From an uncultured Actinomycetota bacterium (GTDB taxonomy: Bacteria > Actinomycetota > Actinomycetes > JAFAQI01), in the NCBI GenBank assembly GCA_963770565.1, contig CAVYQE010000010.1, positions 93,826 to 157,825 on the forward strand: 64,000 bases of DNA, given 5' to 3'. The stretch's first letter is position 1, and every line of letters starts with the position of its first letter. The notes beneath the pieces were generated by a model. It was not told the origin of the DNA, did not search any database, and saw nothing but the letters and a program-made list of their open reading frames with translations. This document shows positions 53,975 through 63,739 of the stretch, piece by piece. A program made the translations under genes and the position numbers.

Positions 53975-54847
53975 ATGTCGACAACTGCCGAGCGGACCCG
54001 GGCGCCGCGCGAGATCGGTCCGACCGGGCGGCCGCGTCCCCGACTGCGCGATCCCAAGCCGCTGCACGAGCACGGCCCGGCAAAGATCATCGCGCTGTGC
54101 AACCAGAAGGGCGGGGTCGGCAAGACGACGACCGCGATCAACCTCGGCGCGGCCCTCACCGAGTTCGGCCGCCGGGTGTTGCTGGTCGACTTCGACCCGC
54201 AGGGCGCCCTGTCCGTCGGACTCGGGGTCAATCCGCACGAGCTTGACCTGACGATCTACAACGCGCTGATGGAACGCAACGTCAGCGCCGACGACATCCT
54301 GATCAAGACCAACAGCGGGATGGATCTGCTGCCCAGCAACATCGACCTGTCTGCCGCCGAGGTCCAGCTGGTCGGGGAGGTCGCTCGCGAGCAGTCGCTG
54401 AAGCGGGTGCTCGCGCCGATGGTCGAGGACTACGACGTCATGCTGATCGACTGCCAGCCGTCACTGGGGTTGCTGACGATCAACGCCCTGACCGCGGCGG
54501 ACGGCGTAATCATCCCGTTGGAGTGTGAATACTTTTCGCTCCGGGGCGTCGCACTGTTAATCCAAACTATAGAGAAGGTCAGCGAGCGGCTTAACCCTCA
54601 ACTTCAACTTGAGGGGATTCTGGCCACCATGTACGACGCGCGCACCCTGCATGGCCGCGAGGTGCTCAGCCGGGTCGTCCAGGCGTTCGGTCCCAAGGTC
54701 TTCCACACTGTGGTCAATCGAACCGTCCGCTTCCCCGAGACGACTGTCGCGGGGGAGCCGATCACCACGTTCGCCTCGTCCTCACCGGGCGCGGCCGCCT
54801 ACCGCGACCTGGCCCGAGAGGTGGTGGCGCGATGCCTCGCCGGGTGA
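53975..54847 (+). CDS. parA: ParA/Soj-family partition ATPase
   Basis: Has the deviant Walker A motif NQKGGVGKTTT, VLLVDFDPQG and IDCQPSLG. The start is ATG 53975 after GAGAGGA, with GTG 53951 as an alternative. Confidence 0.88.
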   Translation: MSTTAERTRAPREIGPTGRPRPRLRDPKPLHEHGPAKIIALCNQKGGVGKTTTAINLGAALTEFGRRVLLVDFDPQGALSVGLGVNPHELDLTIYNALMERNVSADDILIKTNSGMDLLPSNIDLSAAEVQLVGEVAREQSLKRVLAPMVEDYDVMLIDCQPSLGLLTINALTAADGVIIPLECEYFSLRGVALLIQTIEKVSERLNPQLQLEGILATMYDARTLHGREVLSRVVQAFGPKVFHTVVNRTVRFPETTVAGEPITTFASSSPGAAAYRDLAREVVARCLAG

Positions 54848-55212
54848 TCCTTCCGGGCGCCGACGAGCTGTTCCGCTCGACCGGCTCGGTGCAGCGCGCG
54901 CACGAGACCGATGGGCCGGAGCCGGCATCGGCGGGCGCAGGCGCGGTGTCCACCGAGGCACCGGCCCGCACGACCAGGCCGTCCGGGCCGCGCCATCCGA
55001 GCGGGCGGCAGCGCCACGAGGAGAAGATCACGGTCTACGTCTCGCCGAGCGAGCTGGTCGACCTCGAGCACGCCCGCCTGGTGCTTCGGGCCGACCATTC
55101 GCTGGCGGTCGACCGGGGCCGGATCGTGCGCGAGGCCCTCGCCGTCGTCCTGGCCGATCTCGAGTCGAAGGGCGAACAAAGCATCTTGGTCCGCCGGCTC
55201 CGGGCCCGCTGA
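54832..55212 (+). CDS. small hypothetical protein with disordered N-terminus and ribbon-helix-helix-like C-terminus (possible ParA partner)
   Basis: 16-nt overlap with parA. The C-terminal KITVYVSPSELVDLEHARLVL ... DRGRIVREALAVVLADL fits a strand-helix-helix pattern. Confidence 0.5.
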   Translation: MPRRVILPGADELFRSTGSVQRAHETDGPEPASAGAGAVSTEAPARTTRPSGPRHPSGRQRHEEKITVYVSPSELVDLEHARLVLRADHSLAVDRGRIVREALAVVLADLESKGEQSILVRRLRAR

Positions 55213-55239
55213 CGTCCCGGGCAACGGGACGCGCTCGCC

Positions 55240-55896
55240 ATGCTCTTTGCGTTACGTCAACCTGCGACCCTGCTCGGCCTTGTCCTGGGCTTCGGGATCG
55301 GCAGTTTCCTGCGGGTGGGGGCGCAGCAGCTCTATCTCGGCGGGCGCCGGGCGGCCCGGTCGGTCCGGTCCAGCCGGATCTGGCTCGACCCCTTCGGTCT
55401 GGTCGCCGCCCTGTTGGCGGGCCCCGGTTGGTCGACCCGACCGACCTTGCGGCACGGCAAGTCCGGCCAGGTCTGGACGGTAGTGGTGATCGCGGTCGCG
55501 GTACACGCCGTACTGGCTGCGATCGGTCTGGCGGGATACCTCGCGGCCGGCGGCGTACGGCTGGCCTTTCCGTTCATCTCGACCATCAGCGTGCTGCACG
55601 GCACCCAGGGCATCGCGTCGAGCTTCGGCCAGCGGGTCGCCCTCGGGTTCGGCGTGGAGAACCTGGCCTGCGGGCTGCTCGCCCTGGTGCCCATCCCGCC
55701 GCTTGAGCTCGGCGTCGCGCTGTGGTCGACGCTTCCGCGCAGCCCGGGCTCGCGTCGGCTGGCCTACCGGGTGCTCGAGGAGCAGTGGGGGATCGTCGTG
55801 TTGCTGGTGTTGCTCGTGATACCGCTGGCCGGGGAGTCGCCGGCCCTCCTGCAACTGGTGGGCGGAGTCGGCGACCGGATACTGCACGCGCTCTGA
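55240..55896 (+). CDS. site-2-protease (M50)-like membrane protein lacking the HExxH motif
   Basis: Six hydrophobic segments. M50-like strings LDPFG and LLALVPIPPLELG (compare NLLPIPPLDG) are present, but the position of HExxH reads SFLRVG. Confidence 0.5.
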   Translation: MLFALRQPATLLGLVLGFGIGSFLRVGAQQLYLGGRRAARSVRSSRIWLDPFGLVAALLAGPGWSTRPTLRHGKSGQVWTVVVIAVAVHAVLAAIGLAGYLAAGGVRLAFPFISTISVLHGTQGIASSFGQRVALGFGVENLACGLLALVPIPPLELGVALWSTLPRSPGSRRLAYRVLEEQWGIVVLLVLLVIPLAGESPALLQLVGGVGDRILHAL

Positions 55897-55967
55897 ACCG
55901 GGCTGAGCCGGCCGGGAGTGCGGCGAGCCGACCCGGCCAGGCAGCGGGCCTGGGCTACCGTCGAGCG

Positions 55968-56831
55968 GTGCTCCTCACTGACGATCCGGCCACGCCCGGC
56001 GGCCCCGTACCGGCGGATGACGAGTCGACGTCGCGCGCAGCGTTCCACGTCCATCTGGACGTGTTCGACGGGCCGTTCGACCTGCTGCTGAGCCTGATCG
56101 CCAAGCGACGGCTGGACGTCACGCTGGTCGCGATTGCACAGGTCACCGACGACTTCCTGGCTCACCTCCGGCTTCGACCCGATGACTGGGATCTCGACCA
56201 GGCGAGTGAGTTCCTGGTCGTGGCCGCCACCCTGCTTGATCTGAAGGTAGCCCGGTTGCTGCCCTCGGCCGAGGTCGACGAGGAGGACCTCGCGCTGCTG
56301 GAGGCACGGGATCTCCTGTTCGCCCGCCTGCTGCAGTACCGCGCCTACAAGCAGGTCGCCGGGTGGTTCGTCGAGATGCTGGAGTCGGCCGGTCGCCGCT
56401 ACCCCCGGACCGCCGGACTGGAAGCCGCCTTCCTGGCGCTGCTGCCCGATGTCGAGCTCGGGGTCGACGCCGAAGAATTCGCCTCCCTCGCGGCTCGCGC
56501 ATCGGCGCCCCGGCCGCTGCCGGTCGTCGATGTCGCGCACATCCACGCTCCGGTGGTCAGCGTGCAGGAGCAGGCCGCGATCATGGCGACCCGGCTTCGA
56601 CAGATCGGCGCCGGGACGTTCCGGTCCCTGACATCGGACTGCGTCGACACGATGGTTGTGGTGGTTCGCTTTCTGGCCCTCCTCGAGCTCTATCGCGAGG
56701 GCGCAGTCGCGTTCGATCAACTCGTGCCCTTCGGTGAGCTGCATGTTCGCTGGGTCGCCGGCGACGACGTCACCTCGCTCGTCACCTCGGACGTCGACGA
56801 GTCCTACGACACGGTGGCGACCGATGACTGA
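55968..56831 (+). CDS. scpA: segregation and condensation protein A
   Basis: Contains the FHVHLDVFDGPFDLLLSLIAKRRLDV motif. The start is GTG 55968. Confidence 0.88.
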   Translation: MLLTDDPATPGGPVPADDESTSRAAFHVHLDVFDGPFDLLLSLIAKRRLDVTLVAIAQVTDDFLAHLRLRPDDWDLDQASEFLVVAATLLDLKVARLLPSAEVDEEDLALLEARDLLFARLLQYRAYKQVAGWFVEMLESAGRRYPRTAGLEAAFLALLPDVELGVDAEEFASLAARASAPRPLPVVDVAHIHAPVVSVQEQAAIMATRLRQIGAGTFRSLTSDCVDTMVVVVRFLALLELYREGAVAFDQLVPFGELHVRWVAGDDVTSLVTSDVDESYDTVATDD

Positions 56832-57417
56832 CGACCTGATCGTGGTGCCTGACGACAACGAACCGGTGATCCTGCCCGATCTCCGGGCCGGCCTGGAAGC
56901 GGTGCTGCTCGTCATCGAGGAACCGGTCGACGAAGTGACCCTCGCCCAAGTGGTCGAACGGCCGCGCGAGGAGGTCCGCGCGATGCTCCAGGAGCTTGCC
57001 GCCGACTACGACGCGACCGGGCGAGGCTTCGAACTACGCGAGGTAGCGGGCGGCTGGCGGCTCTATACCCGCGCCTCGTGCGCGCCGTACGTCGAACGGT
57101 TCGTCCGCGAAGGACACAACGCCCGGATCAGCCAGGCAGCGCTCGAGACCCTCGCGGTCGTGGCCTACCGACAGCCGACGACCCGCTCGCGGATCGCCGC
57201 GGTCCGCGGGGTCAACGTCGATGCGGTCATGCGCACGTTGGTTACCCGCGGCCTCATCGCCGAGGTCGGCATCGAACGCGAGTCCGGTGCGATCCTGTAC
57301 GCCACTACCGATCACTTCCTCGATCGGCTCGGCCTGGCCTCGCTCGAGGACCTGCCCGAGATCGCCCTCTACCTGCCGGATCACTCCGCACTTGACGACG
57401 ATGCCGCCACTGGCTGA
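56824..57417 (+). CDS. scpB: segregation and condensation protein B
   Basis: Contains LEAVLLVIEEPV ... YELREVAGGWRLYT ... LETLAVVAYRQPTTRSRIAAVRGVN. 8-nt overlap with scpA. Confidence 0.88.
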   Translation: MTDDLIVVPDDNEPVILPDLRAGLEAVLLVIEEPVDEVTLAQVVERPREEVRAMLQELAADYDATGRGFELREVAGGWRLYTRASCAPYVERFVREGHNARISQAALETLAVVAYRQPTTRSRIAAVRGVNVDAVMRTLVTRGLIAEVGIERESGAILYATTDHFLDRLGLASLEDLPEIALYLPDHSALDDDAATG

Positions 57418-58159
57418 GCACGAAACCGAGACCGCGGCGCAGGGGACCCGGCTGCAGAAGGTGCTGGCGGCGGCTGGCTTCGGCAGCAGGCGGGCCTGCG
57501 AGGCGCTGATCTCGGCCGGCCGGGTGCAGGTCAACGGGCAGACCGCTCGGCTCGGCGCCAGGGTCGACCCCCAGCACGACCTGATCGCCCTCGACGGCGC
57601 TCAGGTTCCCACCCGCGAGGGCCTGGTCTATCTCGCGACGAACAAGCCTCGCGGCATGCTCTCGACGATGTCCGACGAGCGCGGCCGGCCGTGCATTGGC
57701 GACCTGGTGGGCGACATGTCGACCCGGCTGCACCATGTGGGACGTCTCGACGCCGACAGCGAAGGGCTGCTCCTGGTCACGAACGACGGGGCGCTGTCGC
57801 ATCGGCTGATGCACCCGTCGTTCGAGGTCACCAAGACCTACCTGGTCGAGGTCGAAGGGGTGGTGCCCCGGTCGGTCACCCGGCAGCTTCGAGCCGGTGT
57901 CGAGCTCGAGGACGGCCCGGTCGCGGTGACCGACGTCGACGTCATCGATGCCACGCCGAACCGCAGTGTGCTCGAGGTGAGCCTGCATGAGGGGCGTAAG
58001 CACGTCGTGCGGCGGCTGTTCGAGGAGGTCGGCTATCCGGTGTCCCGCCTGGTGCGGGTGTCGGTGGGCCCGATCCGGCTGGGCGCACTGAAACCCGGTG
58101 GTCGGCGGCACCTGCAACCGGGCGAGGTCCAGGCGCTGTATCGCGCAGTCGGTTTATAG
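57401..58159 (+). CDS. rluB: RluB-like 23S rRNA pseudouridine synthase (RsuA family)
   Basis: Has an S4 domain (RLQKVLAAAGFGSRRACEALI) and the catalytic HVGRLDADSEGLLLVTNDG motif. Confidence 0.85.
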   Translation: MPPLAEHETETAAQGTRLQKVLAAAGFGSRRACEALISAGRVQVNGQTARLGARVDPQHDLIALDGAQVPTREGLVYLATNKPRGMLSTMSDERGRPCIGDLVGDMSTRLHHVGRLDADSEGLLLVTNDGALSHRLMHPSFEVTKTYLVEVEGVVPRSVTRQLRAGVELEDGPVAVTDVDVIDATPNRSVLEVSLHEGRKHVVRRLFEEVGYPVSRLVRVSVGPIRLGALKPGGRRHLQPGEVQALYRAVGL

Positions 58160-58194
58160 ACTTATTTCCGAGTAGATAAAGGGGAGGTGCGGGC

Positions 58195-58560
58195 ATGGCG
58201 GTTCGCGCGCTGCGTGGCGCCACCCAGGTCGAGGCCGACGAGCGGGGCGCCGTCATCGCCGCGACCGCGGAGCTGGTCGAGGCGGTTCTCGCCCGCAATG
58301 GGCTCACGCATGACGCGCTGATCAGCATCATCTTCACGACCACGCCCGATCTGGTTTCGGAGTTCCCGGCGTACGCCGCCCGCACCATCGGCATCACCGA
58401 CGTGCCGTTTCTGTGTGCCTCGGAGATCGGAGTTCCCGGCGCGATGGAGCGAGTGATCAGGCTGCTCGCCCTGGTCGAGGCCGACTTCGGCCGGGCCGAC
58501 GCCCGGCACGTCTACTTGCACGGGGCGGCCGCGCTTCGCACCGACCTGCCGCGCGACTGA
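58195..58560 (+). CDS. aroH: chorismate mutase, AroH class
   Basis: MAVRALRGATQVEADE ... IISIIFTTTPDL pattern, 121 aa. Confidence 0.8.
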   Translation: MAVRALRGATQVEADERGAVIAATAELVEAVLARNGLTHDALISIIFTTTPDLVSEFPAYAARTIGITDVPFLCASEIGVPGAMERVIRLLALVEADFGRADARHVYLHGAAALRTDLPRD

Positions 58561-58561
58561 G

Positions 58562-59668
58562 GTGGCCGGGATGGGGGAGCCGGGGCGGCTGTTGGTGGTC
58601 GGATCGGGCCTGATCGGTACGTCGATCGCGCTGGCCGCCCAATCCGCGGGCTACCAAGTCTGGCTGGATGACTCCGACCCCGACCGGTTGTCGATGGCGG
58701 TGTCGATCGGCGCGGGGACCCGGGTGACTCCGGATGCCGGCCGGTTCGACCTTGCGGTGGTCGCGGTGCCGCCTGCATCGGTGGCCGCGGTCGTCGAGAA
58801 GCTGATCGTCTCTGACCTGGCTGCGAGTGTCACCCATGTTGCAAGCTCCCAGCTTCAGCCTCAAGTGGAGGTCGAGAGAGTGCTGCCGCAGTGCGCTCAG
58901 TTCGTCGGGAGCCATCCCGTTGCCGGTCGGGAGCGGAGCGGACCGCACCACGCCACCCCGGATCTCTTCGCTCAGCGGCCCTGGATCGTGTGCCCGACCG
59001 CGCACTCCAGCCACGCGGCAACCACTGCGGTCATCGAGCTGGCGACCAGGTGCGGGGCGGTCGTGACGGTCATGCCGGCGGCTGCGCACGACGCACTGAT
59101 CGCCCAGCTGTCTCATGCGCCGCAGCTGGTCGCCTCGGCACTTGCGGGATCGCTACTCGGGCTCGAGCGAGGTGAGGCGGCACTTGCGGGCAACGGCCTT
59201 CGGGACACCTCGCGGCTGGCCGACAGCGACGCCGGCCTCTGGGCCGAGATCATCTCGGCCAACTCCGCGCCGGTCGCCGCAGCCCTGCACGCGGTGGTCG
59301 AGCCGCTCAACGACCTGATCGCGGTCCTCGAGAAAGGCTCGCCGGACGCGACCGCTAGCGCGGTCCACACACTGATCACGCGTGGTCGCCACGGACGTGA
59401 CCTGCTCGCCGGCAAGCACGGGCAGGCGGCTGTGCGCTGGGCCACCGTCGCCGTCGTCGTACCGGACGAGCCGGGCGCGCTGGCCCGTCTGCTGGTGGAC
59501 GCCGCCGACGCCGCGGTCAACGTCGAGGACATCCGGGTGGACCATTCACCGGGGCAGCCACTCGGAATCGTCGAGCTCGACGTAGCACCGGATCGCCATG
59601 ACTCGCTCGCCGAAGCCCTGGTTCGGCGCGGCTGGGCCGCCACCGCCAGCCCGCCCGCGGCCGACTGA
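58562..59668 (+). CDS. tyrA: prephenate dehydrogenase
   Basis: Has a Rossmann N-terminus (LLVVGSGLIGTSIALAA), a GSHPVAG motif and a C-terminal ACT-like region. Confidence 0.8.
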   Translation: MAGMGEPGRLLVVGSGLIGTSIALAAQSAGYQVWLDDSDPDRLSMAVSIGAGTRVTPDAGRFDLAVVAVPPASVAAVVEKLIVSDLAASVTHVASSQLQPQVEVERVLPQCAQFVGSHPVAGRERSGPHHATPDLFAQRPWIVCPTAHSSHAATTAVIELATRCGAVVTVMPAAAHDALIAQLSHAPQLVASALAGSLLGLERGEAALAGNGLRDTSRLADSDAGLWAEIISANSAPVAAALHAVVEPLNDLIAVLEKGSPDATASAVHTLITRGRHGRDLLAGKHGQAAVRWATVAVVVPDEPGALARLLVDAADAAVNVEDIRVDHSPGQPLGIVELDVAPDRHDSLAEALVRRGWAATASPPAAD

Positions 59669-59780
59669 CGCTCCCGCGGTCGTGGCACCCACGCCCAGGC
59701 ACGCCCGACCCGGCTAGGCTCGGCGCGTGCCCGCGGCAAGCAAGGTGTGCGCCAAGCAGGGGTGAGGTCGAGGAGGATCG

Positions 59781-60464
59781 GTGCAGCGGCGAGATCTGGT
59801 CGTTGCGATCGACGGACCTTCCGGGTCGGGCAAGTCCACGGTCGCGCGTGAGGTCGCCAGCGCCCTGCACCTGCGCTATCTCGACACCGGCGCGATGTAT
59901 CGCGCCGTGACCTGGCTGGCGCTGCAGCGAGGAGTCGCCCTTAGTGCCGCCGACCAGCTCGCTGAGCTGGCCGGCACCGCCACGCTGACGGTGACGACGG
60001 ACCCCGCGACACCTGCCATCGTCGCGAACGGCACCGACGTGACTGTAGAGGTCCGGAGCCCAGCAGTGACTGCCGCGGTCAGTGCCGTCAGCGCCGTACC
60101 AGGGGTTCGGGCCGCGATGGTGTCCCGGCAGCGGGAGATCATCGGCGCCGGCGGGATCGTGGTCGAAGGGCGGGACATCGGCTCCACCGTGGCGCCCGAT
60201 GCCGACGTGAAGGTCTTCCTGACCGCGGATCAGGCCACCCGGGCGCTGCGTCGGGCCCGCCAGGACGGGATCGCCGAGGTGCCGATTGCGCTCGAGTCCA
60301 CCGAGGCCGACCTTCGGCGGCGGGACGCCGCCGACAGCACTCGGGTCGCATCGCCGCTCAAGCAGGCGCCGGACGCACTCGTCCTCGACTCCTCGGGGCT
60401 CGACATCGACCGGGTGGTGGCGATCATCGTCGAGCGGGCGCAGGCAACGGCGGTGCCGCGATGA
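59781..60464 (+). CDS. cmk: (d)CMP kinase
   Basis: Contains VAIDGPSGSGKSTVAR ... YLDTGAMYRA ... EGRDIGSTV. Confidence 0.9.
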   Translation: MQRRDLVVAIDGPSGSGKSTVAREVASALHLRYLDTGAMYRAVTWLALQRGVALSAADQLAELAGTATLTVTTDPATPAIVANGTDVTVEVRSPAVTAAVSAVSAVPGVRAAMVSRQREIIGAGGIVVEGRDIGSTVAPDADVKVFLTADQATRALRRARQDGIAEVPIALESTEADLRRRDAADSTRVASPLKQAPDALVLDSSGLDIDRVVAIIVERAQATAVPR

Positions 60465-61141
60465 CGAACCTGCTGGCCCCGGCCAGCAGGCAGCGCAGAC
60501 GCGACGACCCCACCCGGGAGTCGATCCCGTTGACGACAGCTCGACGCGTGGCGAGGATTCTCCTCAAGCTCATCTTTAGGTTGAGGATTAGAGGCACTCA
60601 AAACCTGCCGTCGAGCGGGCCCGTCCTGCTGGCCGGCAACCACTCCGGCTTCCTGGACGGGCCGATCGTGATGATCATGCTGCCCAGGCCCTCGGCGTTC
60701 CTGGTGAAGAGCGAGATCTTCAAGGGCCCACTGCGTTTTGTGCTGACATTCGCCCGGCAGATCCCGATCCACCGGGGCACCCCGGACCGGACCGCGCTGC
60801 GCCGCGGGCTCGCCGTGCTGGCCGGCGGTGGTGTGCTCGGGGTGTTCCCGGAAGGGACTCGTGGAAGCGGTGATCTGGCCACGATCCAGCACGGAATCGG
60901 CTATCTCGCCCTCAACGCCCAGTGTCCAGTGGTACCGGTGTTGTGCAAGGGAACTCATGAGGCGTTGCCGAAGGGCAAGGTGATACCGCGCTGGCGGGCA
61001 CCGATCGAGGTGGTCTTCGGCCCGGCCTTCATGCTGGACATCCCAGGCGACGTGCGCACCCGCGCGACGATCGCGGCGGCGGCCGAGCAGGTGCGGGCAC
61101 ACCTGCTCGAGCTCCTCGAGGCCGAGCGGCGCTCGCCATGA
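60461..61141 (+). CDS. plsC: 1-acyl-sn-glycerol-3-phosphate acyltransferase family protein
   Basis: Has the HxxxxD motif (NHSGFLDG) and the FPEGTR motif. ATGA overlap with cmk. Confidence 0.82.
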   Translation: MTNLLAPASRQRRRDDPTRESIPLTTARRVARILLKLIFRLRIRGTQNLPSSGPVLLAGNHSGFLDGPIVMIMLPRPSAFLVKSEIFKGPLRFVLTFARQIPIHRGTPDRTALRRGLAVLAGGGVLGVFPEGTRGSGDLATIQHGIGYLALNAQCPVVPVLCKGTHEALPKGKVIPRWRAPIEVVFGPAFMLDIPGDVRTRATIAAAAEQVRAHLLELLEAERRSP

Positions 61142-62481
61142 CCGGCGGTGCGGCCGCGCTGCCGGTGGTGGCCGTCATCGGGCGCCCCAACGTCGGCAAG
61201 TCGACGCTGGTGAACCGCGTTCTCGGGCGGCGTGAGGCCGTCGTCGAGGACGTTCCGGGCGTGACCCGGGATCGGGTGGCGTACGAAACCGAGTGGGCCG
61301 GGCGGGCCTTCACGGTGCTAGACACCGGGGGATGGCAGCCGGATGCGCGCGGGCTGGCTGCGCGGGTGGCGGCCGCCGCCGAGCTCGCGGTCGAGGCCGC
61401 TGACGTCGTGGTGCTGGTCGTCGACGCAACGGTTGGGATCACTGAGGTCGACGCGGCCGTGAGCCGGGTGCTGCAGCGCTCCGGGCGGCCGATCCTCCTC
61501 GCCGCCAACAAAGTCGACTCGGCGAAGGCCGAGCCGGAGATCGCCGCGTTGTGGAGACTCGGCGTAGGCCCCCCGCTTCCGGTCAGTGCTCTGCACGGCC
61601 GGGGGAGCGGGGACCTGCTCGACGCCATCGTCGCCGTACTACCCGACGTCGCAGCACCGCTTCCCGACCAGGACGGCCCGCGCCGAGTCGCCCTGATCGG
61701 GCGCCCGAACGTCGGCAAGTCCAGCCTGCTCAACCAGCTGGTCGGCTCGGACCGTGCGCTGGTCGACGCGGAAGCAGGCACCACCCGCGACCCGGTCGAC
61801 GCGGTGGTCGATATCGATGGAACGATATGGCGCTTTGTCGACACTGCAGGCCTCCGCAAGCGGGTGCACGAAGCGACCGGTGCCGAGTACTACTCGAGCC
61901 TGCGGACTTCAGCGGCGATCGACGCGGCCGAGGTCGTGCTGCTTCTGCTCGATGCGTCGGAGTCGATCAGCGACCAGGACCTGCGGGTCGCCGACAAGGT
62001 CGTCGAGGCCGGTCGGGCGCTCGTCGTCGCCATGAACAAGTGGGACCTGGTCGACGATGACCGCCGTGAGCAGCTCGACCGTGAGCTCGACCGCGACTTC
62101 GGCCGGTTCAGCTGGGCGACCCGGCTGAACATCTCCGCCCGGACCGCGCGAGGGGTCAAGCGGATCGCCCCGGCCCTGGAGGCGGCGTTGGACTCCTGGC
62201 AGACCCGGGTGCCGACGGGGGAGTTGAACGCGTACCTCGCGAGCGTCGTCGGCGCTACGCCACCGCCGGTGCGCGGTGGGAAGCAGCCCAAGATCATGTT
62301 CGCGACCCAGCCCGGAGTCGAGCCCCCGAGGTTCGTGCTGTTCACGTCGGGCCCGCTCGAGGCGTCGTACCGACGGTTCCTCGAGCGCCGCCTGCGCGAG
62401 CGCTACGGCTTCGCGGGCTCGCCCATCGATCTGGCCGTCAAAGCCCGCGAGAAGACGAAGCGAACCGCCCGCAGTCGGTGA
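61138..62481 (+). CDS. der: ribosome biogenesis GTPase Der (EngA)
   Basis: Two tandem GTPase domains (GRPNVGKST ... DTGG; [10 protein letters not shown] ... DTAG ... NKWD) and a KH-like C-terminus. Confidence 0.92.
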   Translation: MTGGAAALPVVAVIGRPNVGKSTLVNRVLGRREAVVEDVPGVTRDRVAYETEWAGRAFTVLDTGGWQPDARGLAARVAAAAELAVEAADVVVLVVDATVGITEVDAAVSRVLQRSGRPILLAANKVDSAKAEPEIAALWRLGVGPPLPVSALHGRGSGDLLDAIVAVLPDVAAPLPDQDGPRRVALIGRPNVGKSSLLNQLVGSDRALVDAEAGTTRDPVDAVVDIDGTIWRFVDTAGLRKRVHEATGAEYYSSLRTSAAIDAAEVVLLLLDASESISDQDLRVADKVVEAGRALVVAMNKWDLVDDDRREQLDRELDRDFGRFSWATRLNISARTARGVKRIAPALEAALDSWQTRVPTGELNAYLASVVGATPPPVRGGKQPKIMFATQPGVEPPRFVLFTSGPLEASYRRFLERRLRERYGFAGSPIDLAVKAREKTKRTARSR

Positions 62482-62558
62482 ACCGCGCGCCTCGTCGCTG
62501 CGTGCTCCGTATCGGCGGCGCAGCCGCGCCCTTGACCCACCGATGAACGGGGCAGCTC

Positions 62559-63410
62559 GTGAGAAACCGCAGCACGCTCGGAGCGTCATTTCTGCTCAGC
62601 GCCGCCCTGGTGGCGGCCGCCGGCTCGTTGCCCGCGCAGGCCAGCGCGCACTCGAGGGTCCATCACAAGGGGATCGAGATCTCGACGGTCAAGACCTCGA
62701 AGTTCGGCCGGGTCGTATCGAACCAGAAGGGCCGGGTGATGTACCTCTACAGCAAGGACGGCCACAAGGTCTCGCACTGCAACGGCGCCTGCGCCGGCGC
62801 CTGGCCAAAGGTCACCAGCAGGTTCAAGCCGCGGGCCGAGAACGGCATCAGTGCGAAACATCTGGCCCGGACGAAGAAGGGTCAGGTCACCTACTACGGC
62901 CACCCGCTGTACTACTTCGCCACCGGCACCAAGCCCGGCAACACCAGCGGCGAGAACGTGGCCGGGTTTTTCGTGGTCTCGCCCCACGGCACGGCGGTCA
63001 AGCCAAAGACCAAGAAGCCGACTGGCCCGACCGGCCCGGCCGAGGTCACCACGGGCACCATCTCCACCAACACCGTTCTGACCACCAGCAAGGGCTTCAC
63101 CCTTTATGCGTTGACGAACCCCAACGAGAAGACGTCGTACTACTGCACCGCGTCCTGCCTTGGGGTCTGGAAGCCGTTGCTCACCAAGGGTGCACCGACC
63201 GCAGCGGGCAGCGCGATGGGGTCATTGCTGAGCTCGGTCAACCGGTCCGGCGTCGGTGACCAGGTCACCTACAACGGCTATCCGCTCTACACCTACACCG
63301 GCGATACGGCGGCCGGGCAGGACGACGGAGAAGCGCTCTTCGGGCCCTACTACCCTTATTCCACGCAGTACTGGTACGACCTCAAGCCGGACGGTACCTT
63401 CATCCTCTAA
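62559..63410 (+). CDS. secreted protein with two Yx(FWY)xxD-type (COG4315-like) repeats
   Basis: Has a signal peptide (LLSAALVAAAGSLPAQASA). The repeated pattern is G..LY.....G ... C.G.C...W.P ... HPLYYF / YPLYTYTGD. Confidence 0.6.
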   Translation: MRNRSTLGASFLLSAALVAAAGSLPAQASAHSRVHHKGIEISTVKTSKFGRVVSNQKGRVMYLYSKDGHKVSHCNGACAGAWPKVTSRFKPRAENGISAKHLARTKKGQVTYYGHPLYYFATGTKPGNTSGENVAGFFVVSPHGTAVKPKTKKPTGPTGPAEVTTGTISTNTVLTTSKGFTLYALTNPNEKTSYYCTASCLGVWKPLLTKGAPTAAGSAMGSLLSSVNRSGVGDQVTYNGYPLYTYTGDTAAGQDDGEALFGPYYPYSTQYWYDLKPDGTFIL

Positions 63411-63424
63411 GGCCGGCCGATGAC

Positions 63425-63475
63425 CTTGACGGAGAGGGCGTTCGGAACCCCCTCCTCAGCGCCCTCTCCGTCAAG
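63425..63475. terminator. strong hairpin between convergent genes
   Basis: A perfect 16-bp inverted repeat, CTTGACGGAGAGGGCG (63425-63440) / CGCCCTCTCCGTCAAG (63460-63475), with a 19-nt loop, 15 nt after the stop at 63410. Confidence 0.55.
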
Positions 63476-63739
63476 CTTCCGGCCGGTCGAACTCCTCACT
63501 CGATCGACTCAACGGGCCCTTGCCGAGAACTTGATCCGCCATCCGGGTGAATCTCCGCACGACGCTCCGATCGGCGGCCCGCCGTCCCTACGATCGAACG
63601 CATGCTGCCGAGCCCACGGCGCAGTGTGCTGGTTGGTCACGCGGTCCGGTTCTGCTGGCAGTTCGTGGCCAACTCAGCGCTGCTGATCGCCTTCCACCAG
63701 TTCATCCTGACCAGCCCGCACTAGCCACGCATTCGCCCG

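Noticed and set aside
63476-63739. A 265-nt stretch containing track ORFs 63420-63686 and 63547-63795.
   Set aside because: The translations are Ser/Arg/Pro-rich with no motifs and no ribosome-binding sites. This is probably the 3' intergenic region between convergent genes.
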